Below, piece after piece: positions 1-9,741 of a stretch of DNA of 64,000 nt. The stretch is taken from assembly GCA_027320085.1 (NCBI GenBank), contig DAHVLZ010000019.1:97172-161171 (forward strand), given 5' to 3'. The notes beneath the pieces are model-generated. The model ran no database searches and had not been told where the DNA came from. It saw only the letters and a list, made by a program, of their open reading frames with translations. The translations under genes were made by a program, and so were the position numbers. The number at the start of each line of letters is the position of its first letter. The stretch's first letter is position 1. Origin of the DNA: Pseudomonadota bacterium. Lineage in GTDB: Bacteria > Pseudomonadota > Gammaproteobacteria > JAKAQQ01.

Positions 1-23
1 CACTGGGCGGTCCGAGCAGCTAG

Positions 24-890
24 TTAGCTTTGATGTGGAATGTGCCCACCACCGTGCCCGCCTGCTCCCCGCATGGGCCCGCCCCGGAACCGTCCTCCGG
101 GCCCGCCCCGGAACTGGCCGGGTCCGCCCCGGAACTGGCCGGGTCCGCCACGGAACTGGCCGGGTCCACCACGGAACTGACCGGGTCCACCCCGCATGGG
201 TGGCCGGCCTGGAGCCATGGGTTGGAAAGGGCCGTGCCGGAGGGGGCCGTAAAAATGGGGATGGGGAGGGTAACCTCCACCCTGGCGTGCGCGATACTGG
301 TTGAACCTCTGCCGGATATTGGGGTGACTCGCGATGAAGCTACGGCGGTAGTTGGGATGAGCCGGCGCAAAAATGGGGTGCATGCGGGGGCCGCCGCGAT
401 GTTCCCAGAAATCGGGGTGATTGCGGAAGCGGGGAACGGCACGCTGACGCCAGTCATCGAAGTGATCGAGGTAGGGGTGATAGCGACCCCACCAGTAGGG
501 GTGATGCATTTCGTACCAGGGTCCGACATAGCCCCGCCACCACATGAAGTACGGACGGTAGGCGATGACAGGTGGGGGTGGTCCATAGAGCAGGACCTGA
601 GGCAGGACAAACCAAGGTGGTAAGGGAGCCCAGGGGCCATAGTAGACCGGGGCATAGAGCCAACCCCCTTGATACCAGCGATAGTAGTAGCCGTTACCGT
701 AATAGGTATAGGTTGCAAAACTTGGCATCCAGAAAACGTTGACCCCGCCGAAAAGCGAGAAGGCGAATGTCGGTGCACCTATAAAAACACCGAACTGCGC
801 ACGGGCAGGCCGAACCGGAACTAGGAGAAAAAGAGCCAATATCCCGGCCATCAGGAGGGTCTGATGGTTTTTCTTTCGTGGATTCAACAT
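24..890 (-). CDS. Exported low-complexity protein, Tyr/Trp/Pro-rich core and (GGPGQFR)n Gly/Arg-rich tail
   Basis: ATG at 890 preceded by GAGGAG; N-terminus MLNPRKK..LLMAGILALFLLVPVRPARA-Q resembles a Sec signal peptide with an AxA site. Confidence 0.7.
   Translation of the reverse strand: MLNPRKKNHQTLLMAGILALFLLVPVRPARAQFGVFIGAPTFAFSLFGGVNVFWMPSFATYTYYGNGYYYRWYQGGWLYAPVYYGPWAPLPPWFVLPQVLLYGPPPPVIAYRPYFMWWRGYVGPWYEMHHPYWWGRYHPYLDHFDDWRQRAVPRFRNHPDFWEHRGGPRMHPIFAPAHPNYRRSFIASHPNIRQRFNQYRARQGGGYPPHPHFYGPLRHGPFQPMAPGRPPMRGGPGQFRGGPGQFRGGPGQFRGGPGQFRGGPGGRFRGGPMRGAGGHGGGHIPHQS
103..186. repeat. Four 21-bp tandem repeats (CCGCCCCGGAACTGGCCGGGT) encoding GGPGQFR
   Basis: Units at 103, 124, 145 and 166 with 0-3 mismatches; in frame within the 24..890 CDS. 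Confidence 0.9.
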
Positions 891-1093
891 GGTAGTCTCC
901 TCTGCCGGGTTCCCCGGCGTTGCCAGGTCACGGATCCCTCCGCCTGCCACTCGAAAAGAGGGTGGGACACCCCATCCACTGTATCAAACGCTGTCTGCCC
1001 GGGTTGGTTGACCCCTAGGGGTTTTTTACAGTGGTTTAGTGTATGATGCCACGGGTCTTAGTCTGATTTGGAGCTTCGGCTCAGGAGTTTGCG

Positions 1094-1438
1094 TTGAACA
1101 ATAAGCTTTATGTTGGTAACCTGAACTACCGGACCAATAGCGCGGAGCTTGAACAGCTCTTTGCTGCCTATGGTTCGGTGCGTTCCGTACAGATCATATC
1201 GGATCGACATACCGGTCAGTCCAAAGGGTTTGGTTTCGTGGAAATGGGCAGTGCTCAGGAAGCCCAGGCAGCCATGAACGCTCTCAATGGAAAGGATTTC
1301 AATGGCCGGAATCTCACCGTGAATGAAGCCCGCCCGCAGACGGAAAATGGAAACCGTGGCGGCGCCTCCCGGGGCCCGGGTCGGCGCAGTGGCGGCTTTG
1401 GGGGCAGCCCCTCGTCTGGAGGACACGGTCACTTCTAA
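1094..1438 (+). CDS. RRM (RNP-1) RNA-binding protein with Gly-rich tail
   Basis: RNP2 KLYVGNL, RNP1 KGFGFVEM, LTVNEARP; AGGAG RBS before the TTG start. Confidence 0.95.
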   Translation: MNNKLYVGNLNYRTNSAELEQLFAAYGSVRSVQIISDRHTGQSKGFGFVEMGSAQEAQAAMNALNGKDFNGRNLTVNEARPQTENGNRGGASRGPGRRSGGFGGSPSSGGHGHF

Positions 1439-1849
1439 ATCGATTTGCCCCCGTCCTGCTCGATCCCTCTCCCTCTTTCCCGGAAGTTCAGATCGCAAGC
1501 CTTGACCCTTCACATCGTGAAGGGCGGTAGTCTTGTGTTTTCATCCGGCGATGAGAAGATGGCTGGATGGCCACCGAAGGGGTCAAATAGGATGGGACTG
1601 GATAGGCCAAGGTTCCAGATGGAACCTTGGCTGCCCAGAGCTTCCGATCTTTACTCCACTTGGGCTCGTCGTCGAGAGGTCGCAGTGAGATGCCGCCATA
1701 CGAACGTTCCCCAGCATGCCTACAATGGGCACGAGAAGTTTGACCTCATCCTGCGGCATGAGTCCGGGACTCGTGCGCGGGGTGCCTACATGCGGGACCC
1801 GGTGTATGAACAGTCTGCCGCGCAGGATCCTGGGGCGTGAGAGGGACTG

Positions 1850-3769
1850 ATGGCCACTCGACCCACGGCCCGACGCACCCCTGTCCGACTGCTTCTGGTC
1901 AATCCCCGCTTCCCGGAAAGTTTCTGGAGTTTCCGGTGGGCGTTGGAGCGGATCTTGCCGGGCAAGCGGGCGGTCAATCCGCCTCTGGGTTTGGCCACGG
2001 TAGCCGCCCTGTGCCCCCCTGACTGGTCGGTCCGGATTGTCGACGAAAACATCGAATCGATCCCGTTGGAGCCCGATGTGGATATCATCGGGGTTTGCGG
2101 GATGGGCGTCCAGTTCAAGCGGGAAAGCGAGATCCTGAAGTACTACCGGAGTCGCGGCTATTATGTCGTGGCGGGTGGCAGTTATGCGTCCCTCTGTCCG
2201 GAATCCTTCGGGGAGCTGGCACACACCGTCATTTCGGGCGAGGCTGAATATGTCTGGGGACGGTTTTGCGAGGACTTCCAGGCGGGGCAACCCCAGTCGC
2301 TGTACCGGGAAACCGGAACCGTGGACCTCGCCGATTCACCGCCCCCCCGTTTTGACCTGCTGAAACTTGAACAGTACACGACTGTCAGCTTACAGTTTTC
2401 CCGCGGGTGTCCGTATCGGTGCGAGTTCTGCGACATCATTGTCATGTTCGGTCGCCGACCGCGCACCAAACGGCCGGAACAGATCGGAATGGAACTGGAT
2501 CTCCTGCGGGAGCGAGACGTTCACAACGTCTTTTTTGTTGATGACAACCTGATCGGTAACAAGAAGGCGGCGCGCGAGCTCTTGATCTACCTTGCCCAGT
2601 ACCAGCGAAAACATGACTATGTCTTTCGTTTCGGCACCGAGGCCTCTCTCAATCTCGCCCTGGATGACGAGTTGATGGAACTGTTTCGCGCGGCCAACTT
2701 TAGCTGGGTTTTTCTGGGGATCGAGACCCCGGATCCGGACAGCCTGCAGGAGGTCCAGAAGACCCAGAACCTGGCTCAGGACGTGCTGACGGCCGTGCGG
2801 AAGATTTATGACCACGGGCTTGATGTCTTTGCTGGATTTATCGTGGGCTTCGACCATGATCGTGTGGAGACGTTCGACCGCCAGTACCGCTTTATCCTGG
2901 ATTCCGGAATTCAGGCTTCGATGATCGGGTTGCTGACCGCGATGCCCAAGACTCCGCTCTACGAGCGGTTGACCCGGGAGGGTCGATTGGTGCCCACGCT
3001 CGAGCTGGCCGACAACACCAAGCCTGTGACGAACGTGGTTCCGCTGCACATGAGTGTGGCTGATCTGGTCCGGGAGTATCAGTCGCTCTACCAGCGACTG
3101 TTCTGCGATGCCAATATCGCCAAACGCATCCGCAACAAGTTCCGGTATCTGGCACACCGGGTTCCGCGTCACCAGGTTCCATCCGAGCGTAACGGAACGA
3201 TTCTGCGCCGGCTGTTCTATTCCGGCCTGTTGCCGGGCGGGCCGGTTCGGGTCTACCGCTTCGTTTCGACGCTGGTGGTGACTCCGTGGCGGGCCTGGCC
3301 TCTGGTTGTCACGGACTGGATTCAGGGCCTTTCCATCCGTTCCTACATTCACCGGCATCTCGACCCTGACTTGGCGCAAGCACAACGCGTGGTGGAGACG
3401 ACACGAAAACGGTTGAGCAGGTACCTGCACCCGCGGTCCTCAACCCCTTCCCTCCGGGTGGCCCTGTCCATGAATGGCACAATCCCCTGCCTGCAGCTGT
3501 GGTTGGAGGGGACGGTGGATCGGGCTTTTTTCCGGTATGCAGCACGTCGGCTCTGCGGCATGCTGAACCAGAGTGCGGCGGCGCTTTTCCTGCATGTGGC
3601 GGATCTGCGCGAGGATCAACACCGGTTGTTTGACCGGTTTCTGGACCGTTTGTCTCCCTATGGAGACCGGGTCTCGATTTTCATCAACCAGAAGATCCGG
3701 ACGCAGATGATGGTCGACTCGTCTGTTTTCCATCTCCTGCTCGAAGATCCGACCGCCAGCGCATCGTGA
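1850..3769 (+). CDS. Cobalamin-binding radical SAM protein (DUF4070 / HpnP-like family)
   Basis: PPLGLATVAA B12-binding start, GGSYAS, RGCPYRCEFC CxxxCxxC, FFVDDN, GFIVGFDHD. Confidence 0.9.
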   Translation: MATRPTARRTPVRLLLVNPRFPESFWSFRWALERILPGKRAVNPPLGLATVAALCPPDWSVRIVDENIESIPLEPDVDIIGVCGMGVQFKRESEILKYYRSRGYYVVAGGSYASLCPESFGELAHTVISGEAEYVWGRFCEDFQAGQPQSLYRETGTVDLADSPPPRFDLLKLEQYTTVSLQFSRGCPYRCEFCDIIVMFGRRPRTKRPEQIGMELDLLRERDVHNVFFVDDNLIGNKKAARELLIYLAQYQRKHDYVFRFGTEASLNLALDDELMELFRAANFSWVFLGIETPDPDSLQEVQKTQNLAQDVLTAVRKIYDHGLDVFAGFIVGFDHDRVETFDRQYRFILDSGIQASMIGLLTAMPKTPLYERLTREGRLVPTLELADNTKPVTNVVPLHMSVADLVREYQSLYQRLFCDANIAKRIRNKFRYLAHRVPRHQVPSERNGTILRRLFYSGLLPGGPVRVYRFVSTLVVTPWRAWPLVVTDWIQGLSIRSYIHRHLDPDLAQAQRVVETTRKRLSRYLHPRSSTPSLRVALSMNGTIPCLQLWLEGTVDRAFFRYAARRLCGMLNQSAAALFLHVADLREDQHRLFDRFLDRLSPYGDRVSIFINQKIRTQMMVDSSVFHLLLEDPTASAS

Positions 3770-3917
3770 GATCCTAAGGTCGGAACCCTCTCCGAGTGTG
3801 CGGAGGGGATCCGGGGCAGTGGATCCCCGGGCGAGAGACGGGGGTATCATGACTGGTGGGGGAAGCCGCTCGATGCCCGTTTGCGGGCGGGTCCCGGATG
3901 AAGGGGGAGGAGGGGCG

Positions 3918-4298
3918 ATGGATCAGTGCGCACGAGAATCAAAGCCGGATCTTTTGAATGACCGGAAGGCGACCTTCAGCTTGTGGGTTGTCCCTGTGCT
4001 CATCATTCTGATCGGCAGCAGCCTGCCCCGGCCTCTCCATACGGCACTCTGGGCACTCGGTTTTTCGGTCCTGGCGGCGGCCTGTGCGGTCAATGCCCGC
4101 CGTTGCGGTCGGCGACATTGTTTTTATACGGCACCGTTGTTCTTGGTTCTGGCTTTGGGTTCCCTGCTCTTCGGAATGGGCCTGCTCCCTCTGGGTCCTC
4201 ACGGTTGGGGTGACCTCGTGGGGGTGGCCGTAGGCGGCTGGCTTTTGTCATGTTGCGTCATCGAACCCTGGAAGGGCCGTTACCTCCGGACCAAGTGA
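3918..4298 (+). CDS. Small 4-TM membrane protein with Cys/His motif
   Basis: GGAGG RBS; hydrophobic segments; CAVNARRCGRRHC and a terminal CC. Confidence 0.65.
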   Translation: MDQCARESKPDLLNDRKATFSLWVVPVLIILIGSSLPRPLHTALWALGFSVLAAACAVNARRCGRRHCFYTAPLFLVLALGSLLFGMGLLPLGPHGWGDLVGVAVGGWLLSCCVIEPWKGRYLRTK

Positions 4299-4329
4299 TC
4301 CTGGTCCCTGAACCGGGTTCTCGCCTCAG

Positions 4330-4728
4330 TCACTCAACGGCTCAGAGGATCTGCGGTTCCGGTTTGAGGTCGAGCCCGAAATTTGAACGGACGGATTCTT
4401 GGATCCGTTGGGCGAGTGACCAGATCTGGGCGCCCGGGGTCGAACCATAAATTGATGAGAACCAGGTTCAGGATTGGGAGATCCCGGATCCCCGGGATCT
4501 GGCTTGGGTTCCCGGATTCGGCGAGCCGAGCGGCACGAGCCGGCACGCGAAAGGTGTGATGACGGTCGAGTGGGGCATCCGGCCAGAGCGTGGGGTTCGA
4601 AGATCGGGACACTGTTGGGACGTTCTCTGGACAGCCTGAGCTGATTTCCGGTTCGGTCCGCCAGATGTAGAGCTGCAGTTGGGGGCGATTGGGGCGTCGA
4701 ATCACTGAGCCTGCCATGCGGGAGGCAG
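4330..4728 (-). pseudogene. murB: Degenerate, internally deleted duplicate of murB plus upstream region and tRNA-Val 3' remnant
   Basis: 4330-4434 identical to 5631-5735; SRSSNPTLWPDAPLDRHHTFRVPARAARLAE matches the MurB N-terminus; 4679-4728 resembles 6739-6787. Confidence 0.85.
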
Positions 4729-4839
4729 GAAACACCAAAAGTACCCCAAGTTTTATAGGGACCTGAGCTGCACGAAAGGGCCCGGTCAGCGACCCGCTTG
4801 CACCGGATTTGTACCGGTCATCACCAGCCAGATGTCTCA

Positions 4840-4866
4840 AGGGACATGGTCAGGGACATGGTCAGG
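4840..4866. repeat. 12-bp tandem repeat AGGGACATGGTC x2 upstream of the TA operon
   Basis: agggacatggtc agggacatggtc agg. Confidence 0.7.
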
Positions 4867-4902
4867 ATTGATGTTTCGTAATCATTCGATTACAATGCAG
4901 CG

Positions 4903-5202
4903 ATGACCTACTCGGTGAAGCTGCTCGGTGAGTTTTCTGACTGGCTTGCAGGCTTGAAGGACGGACTGACAAGACAACGCCTCGTCAAGCGTCTTCGTAA
5001 AGCGCAACTGGGCAACCTTGGCGATGTGGAGCCGGTAGGAGGAGGTGTATTTGAAATGCGCGAGCATTTTGGACCTGGATGGCGTATGTATTATGTTCAG
5101 CGCAGTAGAACGCTGATTGTCATGCTGGCAGGTGGCGACAAGACTACGCAACAGTCGGACATTGAGCGGGCCATTGCGTTTGCAAAGTCGCTGGAGGATT
5201 GA
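4903..5202 (+). CDS. Type II TA toxin, RelE/ParE superfamily (addiction module killer protein)
   Basis: FSDWLAGLKD, GNLGDVEPVGGGVFEMREHFGPGWRMYY, LAGGDKTTQQSDI. Confidence 0.92.
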   Translation: MTYSVKLLGEFSDWLAGLKDGLTRQRLVKRLRKAQLGNLGDVEPVGGGVFEMREHFGPGWRMYYVQRSRTLIVMLAGGDKTTQQSDIERAIAFAKSLED

Positions 5203-5204
5203 TC

Positions 5205-5519
5205 ATGGTTCATAAAGTCAAAGTCTCTGAGCTTTCAGAACTCGACGTATCTGAGTACCTGGATAGCGGGGAAGATATCGCCGCCTATTTGACCGCTGTT
5301 CTGGAAGAAAACGATCCGGCGCTGCTAGCTGCAGCCTTGGGCGACATTGCCCGCGCCCGAGGAATGACTCAGGTGGCCAAGGACGCTGGCATCACTCGCG
5401 AAGCCTTGTATAAGGCACTTCGACAAAACAGCGAACCGAGATTTGAAACGATCCAACGGGTTTGTACCGCTTTGGGTGTGCAACTGGTAGCACAATCCAT
5501 GCACTTGCGTCATGCTTGA
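5205..5519 (+). CDS. Type II TA antitoxin, HTH (addiction module antidote protein)
   Basis: ALGDIARARGMTQVAKDAGITREALYKAL..PRFETI; lies directly after the toxin. Confidence 0.92.
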   Translation: MVHKVKVSELSELDVSEYLDSGEDIAAYLTAVLEENDPALLAAALGDIARARGMTQVAKDAGITREALYKALRQNSEPRFETIQRVCTALGVQLVAQSMHLRHA

Positions 5520-5642
5520 TGCGCACAACAGGCGACCAATCCACCCGCGTGAAATTTTATGCGAGGGGTGTCCGGATTCCGGAGGAACGCTGTGCCTCTG
5601 GTGCAAGGTTGATGCAGATTCTTGTGCCATTCACTCAACGGC

Positions 5643-6671
5643 TCAGAGGATCTGCGGTTCCGGTTTGAGGTCGAGCCCGAAATTTGAACGGACGGATTCT
5701 TGGATCCGTTGGGCGAGTGACCAGATCTGGGCGCCTGTTGCCGTGCCATGGTTGACGAGAACGAGAGCATGCTGGGGTGAGACGCCCGCATCCCCCTCCC
5801 GGAATCCCTTCCACCCCGCCCGTTCGATGAGCCAGGCTGCGCTCACCTTCTGGCCTGACGGACTCTCAAAGACGGGGAGGTCGGGAAAGCGATCACGGAG
5901 CGACTGGACGCGCTCCGGTGTCAGGATGGGGTTCTTGAAGAAACTTCCTGCATTCCCGATCTCGGCCGGGTCCGGCAGCTTGCGTCGCCGTAGCCGGATG
6001 ATGGCCTCGGCGACAGTGCGGGCCGTGGGAGGATCGGCCTGCAGGGCGGCCAGTTCCTCCCGGAGGCCGGGATAGTCGATCCGGAGAGCGGTCTCGAGGC
6101 CCAGCCGGAGCTCGATGGCGGTGATGATCCACCGGTCGGGCTCCCTCTGGAAACGGCTCTGGCGATAGCCGAACCCGCAAGCTTCCCGGTCCAGTCGCCG
6201 CCCCTGCCCGGCATGGCAGTCAAAGACTTCGACCGCTTCCAACACGTCGGAGAGTTCTGAGCCATAGGCGCCGATGTTCTGGACTGGCGCTGCCCCGACG
6301 CTGCCCGGGATGAGCGCCAGATTCTCGAGTCCGCAGAGGTTCCGATCGAGCGTCCATGTGACCAGCTCATGCCAGCCGACCCCGGCTTCCGCCCGGACAC
6401 CCACGGTTCCGGATTCGGTGGAAAGGACTTTCGTGCCCCGGTTCCTCAGGATCAGCACCAGCCCCGGGAAATCCCGGGTGAAGAGCACGTTGCTGCCGGA
6501 GCCCAGTACCAGTCTCGGCTGGTTCCGGATTTGCGGGAGGTCCAGGATCTCCGGAATTTGATCCGGGTTTTCGATTTCGGCGAGCCAGGCAGCACGAGCC
6601 GGCACGCGAAAGGTGTTATGACGGTCGAGCGGAGCATCCGGGCTGAGCGTGGGATTCGAGGATCGGGACAT
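5643..6671 (-). CDS. murB: UDP-N-acetylenolpyruvoylglucosamine reductase
   Basis: LGSGSNVLF, GLENLALIPGSVGAAPVQNIGAYG, GNAGSFFKNP, HALVLVN; ATG at 6671 with GAGG RBS. Confidence 0.96.
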   Translation of the reverse strand: MSRSSNPTLSPDAPLDRHNTFRVPARAAWLAEIENPDQIPEILDLPQIRNQPRLVLGSGSNVLFTRDFPGLVLILRNRGTKVLSTESGTVGVRAEAGVGWHELVTWTLDRNLCGLENLALIPGSVGAAPVQNIGAYGSELSDVLEAVEVFDCHAGQGRRLDREACGFGYRQSRFQREPDRWIITAIELRLGLETALRIDYPGLREELAALQADPPTARTVAEAIIRLRRRKLPDPAEIGNAGSFFKNPILTPERVQSLRDRFPDLPVFESPSGQKVSAAWLIERAGWKGFREGDAGVSPQHALVLVNHGTATGAQIWSLAQRIQESVRSNFGLDLKPEPQIL

Positions 6672-6738
6672 ATTCCGGTCGTCCTCGTGGGCAGCCTGAG
6701 CCGACTTCAGGTCTGGTCCGCCCGACGATGGTGCGGTT

Positions 6739-6787
6739 TGGTGGGCGATAGTGGGATCGAACCACTGACCCCTGTCGTTGTGAAAGC
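6739..6787 (-). repeat. Displaced 3' half of tRNA-Val (distal att site of the island)
   Basis: Minus strand reads CTTTCACAACGACAGGGGTCAGTGGTTCGATCCCACTATCGCCCACCA, homologous to the 3' half of the tRNA at 16958-17032. Confidence 0.9.
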
Positions 6788-6823
6788 TCACTGGGGTCGG
6801 CGTCCAGTATGGGTTTTCAGCCA

Positions 6824-6836
6824 AATCAACGAGTTA
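6824..6836 (+). promoter_or_regulatory. Putative IHF site near left att
   Basis: AATCAACGAGTTA matches WATCAANNNNTTR. Confidence 0.6.
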
Positions 6837-6880
6837 GGACAGCACAAAACCCACCTAGCAACACATTTTACACGTCGAAT

Positions 6881-6901
6881 TGTACCCAAAGTGTACCCAA
6901 A
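6881..6901. repeat. Direct repeat TGTACCCAAA x2, putative integrase arm-type sites
   Basis: tgtacccaaa g tgtacccaaa, about 95 bp inside the att core. Confidence 0.6.
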
Positions 6902-7166
6902 TGTCTTGGCGTCGTAGGGGCACCGGGCCGGACCCGGCGGCGAATTTTTCCGGGCCCTTGTCAGACACGCCGGGGCCGCCTGGACGGGGAGCAGGCCGAA
7001 CAACGGCGCGTAGCGCCGGCGGTAAGGCCGTATCTCCTGCACAGTAGGAGCTTCGTCGCCTCTCGGCGCCGAAGGTGTACCTCGTGCGGTTTATCAGCAG
7101 GAGCCATCTCCGCGAATTTTTCCCGTGGCCTAAGAGCACCTCAGTCCAATAACTGTGGTAACCAGT

Positions 7167-7400
7167 ATGCCCAAAGCAACCCTCGACGCCAAGCAGCTGG
7201 CGGAAGTGCTACACCTGAACGCCCGCACCATCACCAATAACGTCCTGACTCACCCGGAACGGCTACCGTCCTTCGTGCGTCTTCCCTCCGGGAAGACCAT
7301 CTGGTTTGAGGAGGACGTCCAGGCCTGGCTGGAGGAGCGGCGTGTCCAGGTGTTACCGACGCAGCGACATCCAACCGACTTTAGCCGCAGGTGGTGGTAA
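7167..7400 (+). CDS. AlpA/excisionase-like HTH protein
   Basis: LDAKQLAEVLHLNARTI...LPSFVRL..IWFEEDVQAWLE pattern; position at the island end. Confidence 0.75.
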   Translation: MPKATLDAKQLAEVLHLNARTITNNVLTHPERLPSFVRLPSGKTIWFEEDVQAWLEERRVQVLPTQRHPTDFSRRWW

Positions 7401-7703
7401 TGGGGTCGGCCCGGGAAGGCCAGGCATGCGGTAGGCCCGACGTTGAGGCGTGGCTGGCAGCCTTGACTGTGCGCGCCACTGGCCGCAGGCAGCCCCGCAA
7501 CCGAACCAGCCACCGCCGGCCCTGACCGGCGAGGCGGCAATTTGGGATAAGTATAAATAGCGGCGAATTGGAGCGCACCCAGAGGGCGCTTCGTCGCTCG
7601 CTGTGCCGATGTGGCAGTTCTGGAGATTGAGCGGTTTGCCGATAAGTACTGATAACAGTAGACTCGGAGAGCGTGGATTCGCGCACATTGGGGTTAACTT
7701 ACC

Positions 7704-8379
7704 TTGCCGAAACATCTATGACTTCAGCGTACTTTTTCGCTAGCTAAGGATGCGGAGAATTCAGCGCGTGACGTCCAAGACTTCGACTACGCGCGGTACT
7801 GGCAGCCCAACAGTCCTTCCAGCTCTGTGTCATGGGAGTAACTCCTTGAGCAGCCTTTTTGTGTTGTCTTGGGTGAAGCTGGCATCGGTAAGACCACCGA
7901 ATTTCAGGACCGAACCAGTAGGCTTCAGGAGGAAGGCAAAGCGGCCTTCTTTGTACCCCTCGATATTGCCGAAAATGAAAAAGCCTCTTCGGTCGGCTTG
8001 CCAGGGGACTGTACCCTTTCAACATATGGCAGGCGGGAACAGACGTCGGCTACTTTTTTTAGATGCAGTCGATGAAGCGCTCTGGCGAAAAATGCCGACC
8101 TCGAAGTGGCACTCGAAAATGTGGTCCACCAGATAGGCTCTGTCCCAGGTGCTCTTGCCCGTGCCCGATTCATAGTGTCGACCCGTATAGGTGACTGGTA
8201 TACACGAGGCGTGCCAGACACTGTCGGACAATTTATCGGCCACACATCCAACGGCAACCAGGCAACTTCGGTCGCGCCGCTTGTGTATTCCTTGAACCCA
8301 TTGTCTGCAGAGGATGCAAAAGCTCTGGCCAAGTTTTATGGCGCTATTGACGCGAACTTGTTTTGGCGAGAGGTAGAAC
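7704..8379 (+). pseudogene. 5' part of a NACHT/STAND-like ATPase gene (stops and frameshifts)
   Basis: SWE*LLEQPFCVVLGEAGIGKTTEF (Walker A), LLFLDAVDEA (Walker B), FIVSTR, LNPLS spread over three frames; start approximate. Confidence 0.75.
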
Positions 8380-9741
8380 GGGTCGTGTCGCAAAAGTGGT
8401 GGAAACAAAAGTGGCGTAGTCTCCGAGATTGAAAACCAACGCAATCACGGCGTGACAAGCGCCGAGGAGGCTACGCCATGCGGAACCCTGGCACGGGACC
8501 GACAGATTTGCTGGAGGGAAGCGAGTGGCTCGATCCGCTCGAGCAGCAGGTGCTGCTCCGGGGTGCGCCCGTTCCTGCCGGAGCTGATTGAGCAGGAAGT
8601 GACCGAGGCGCTGGGACGGCTTCGGCACGGGCGGGACAAGGGCGACGGGCACCGGTCCCGGACGGTGATGGGCTCGTTTGGCCGGGTGGAACTGTCGATG
8701 CCGCGGGCCCGGGTGCGTGGTGAGGAGGGTTGCAGCCGTGAGTTTCACAGTGCGTTGCTGCCGCGCGACCAGCGTCTGACGGGCTCGGCGAGTGCCCTGA
8801 TGGCCGGAGCGTACCTGGCGGGGGCGAACACCCGGCGGGTGCGCTTGGCGCTGGGGAGACTCTTTGGTGGGGCGGTGGGCAAGGAGACCGTCCGTCGTGC
8901 CTGGCACCGGGTGCGGGAGGACTTCGAGACCTGGAACCACCGCCGCCTCGAGGGCGAGCCGATCGTGCGGCTAGTCCTCGATGGCACCGGGGTGCATGTG
9001 CGCCTGGACGGGGCGAGCACGGCCTTGTCGATCCAAGTGGCCCTGGTGGGGGTACGGGCCGATGGGCCGAAAGTGCTGCTGGGCTTGCGGGCACTGGCCG
9101 GAGAGAACTAGGCAGCCTGGGCCGATCTGCTCGGGGACCTGGAGTCCCGAGGCCTGAAGACCCCCGAGCTGGTGATCATCGATGGCGGCAAGGGGTGGGA
9201 AGCGGCGTTGGCCGCCTGGTGGCCCCGGGTACCGGTACAACGCTGTACGGTCCACAAACTCCGAAACCTCATGGCCCATGCCCCGAAAAAGCTGCATGAG
9301 GAGATCAGCGCCGACTACCACGCCATGATCTATGCCGAGTCGGCCTCCCAGGTGCTCGCCCGGCGGCAGGCCTTCCTGCGCCAGTGGCGCCTGCGTTGTC
9401 CCGGAGTGGCCCGCAGTCTCGAGGAAGCCGGCGAGCGGCTGTTCACCTTCCTCCGCTATCCTCCCACCCAGTGGAAGCCGATCTGCACAACCCATGCCAT
9501 CGAACGACTCCACCTGGAGTTCAAGCGGAGCATCCAGACGCAGTGCATGCTGCCCTGTGCCGACACCGCCTACATGATGTTCTGGGCCTTGCTCGCCAGC
9601 GGTCAGATCACGCTGCGCAAGGTGACCGGCTGGCAGATGCTTCTTGCCCCCCCACCCGCTTGACCTCGCCGCATGACCCGTGCAAGACTTAACCCGTCTG
9701 GAGACCATCCGTCAATTTCTACCAACTTCCGGACACAACCC
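8380..9741 (+). mobile_element. IS256-family element with inactivated transposase
   Basis: Imperfect 26-bp IRs GGGTCGTGTCGCAAAAGTGGTGGAAA / GGGTTGTGTCCGGAAGTTGGTAGAAA; motifs LVLDG, IIDGGKG, QRCTVHKLRN, TTHAIERLHLEFKR; no target duplication. Confidence 0.9.
8452..9663 (+). pseudogene. IS256 transposase with in-frame TAG at 9109-9111
   Basis: ORFs 8452..9111 and 9172..9663 share a frame and are separated by a single stop. Confidence 0.85.

Noticed and set aside
103-186. 21-bp repeats as a CRISPR array
   Set aside because: Head-to-tail with no spacers, in frame within a CDS, and no cas genes.
1445-1840. Small ORF before the radical SAM gene as a RiPP precursor
   Set aside because: No recognisable leader or core, no clear start, and this rSAM family is not SPASM/RRE type; coding status is unsupported.
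6739-6787. Second functional tRNA-Val
   Set aside because: Only the 3' half is present; there is no D-arm or 5' acceptor strand.
6672-6824. N-terminal extension of MurB in the ORF track
   Set aside because: Runs through the tRNA remnant/att site; the ATG at 6671 has an RBS.
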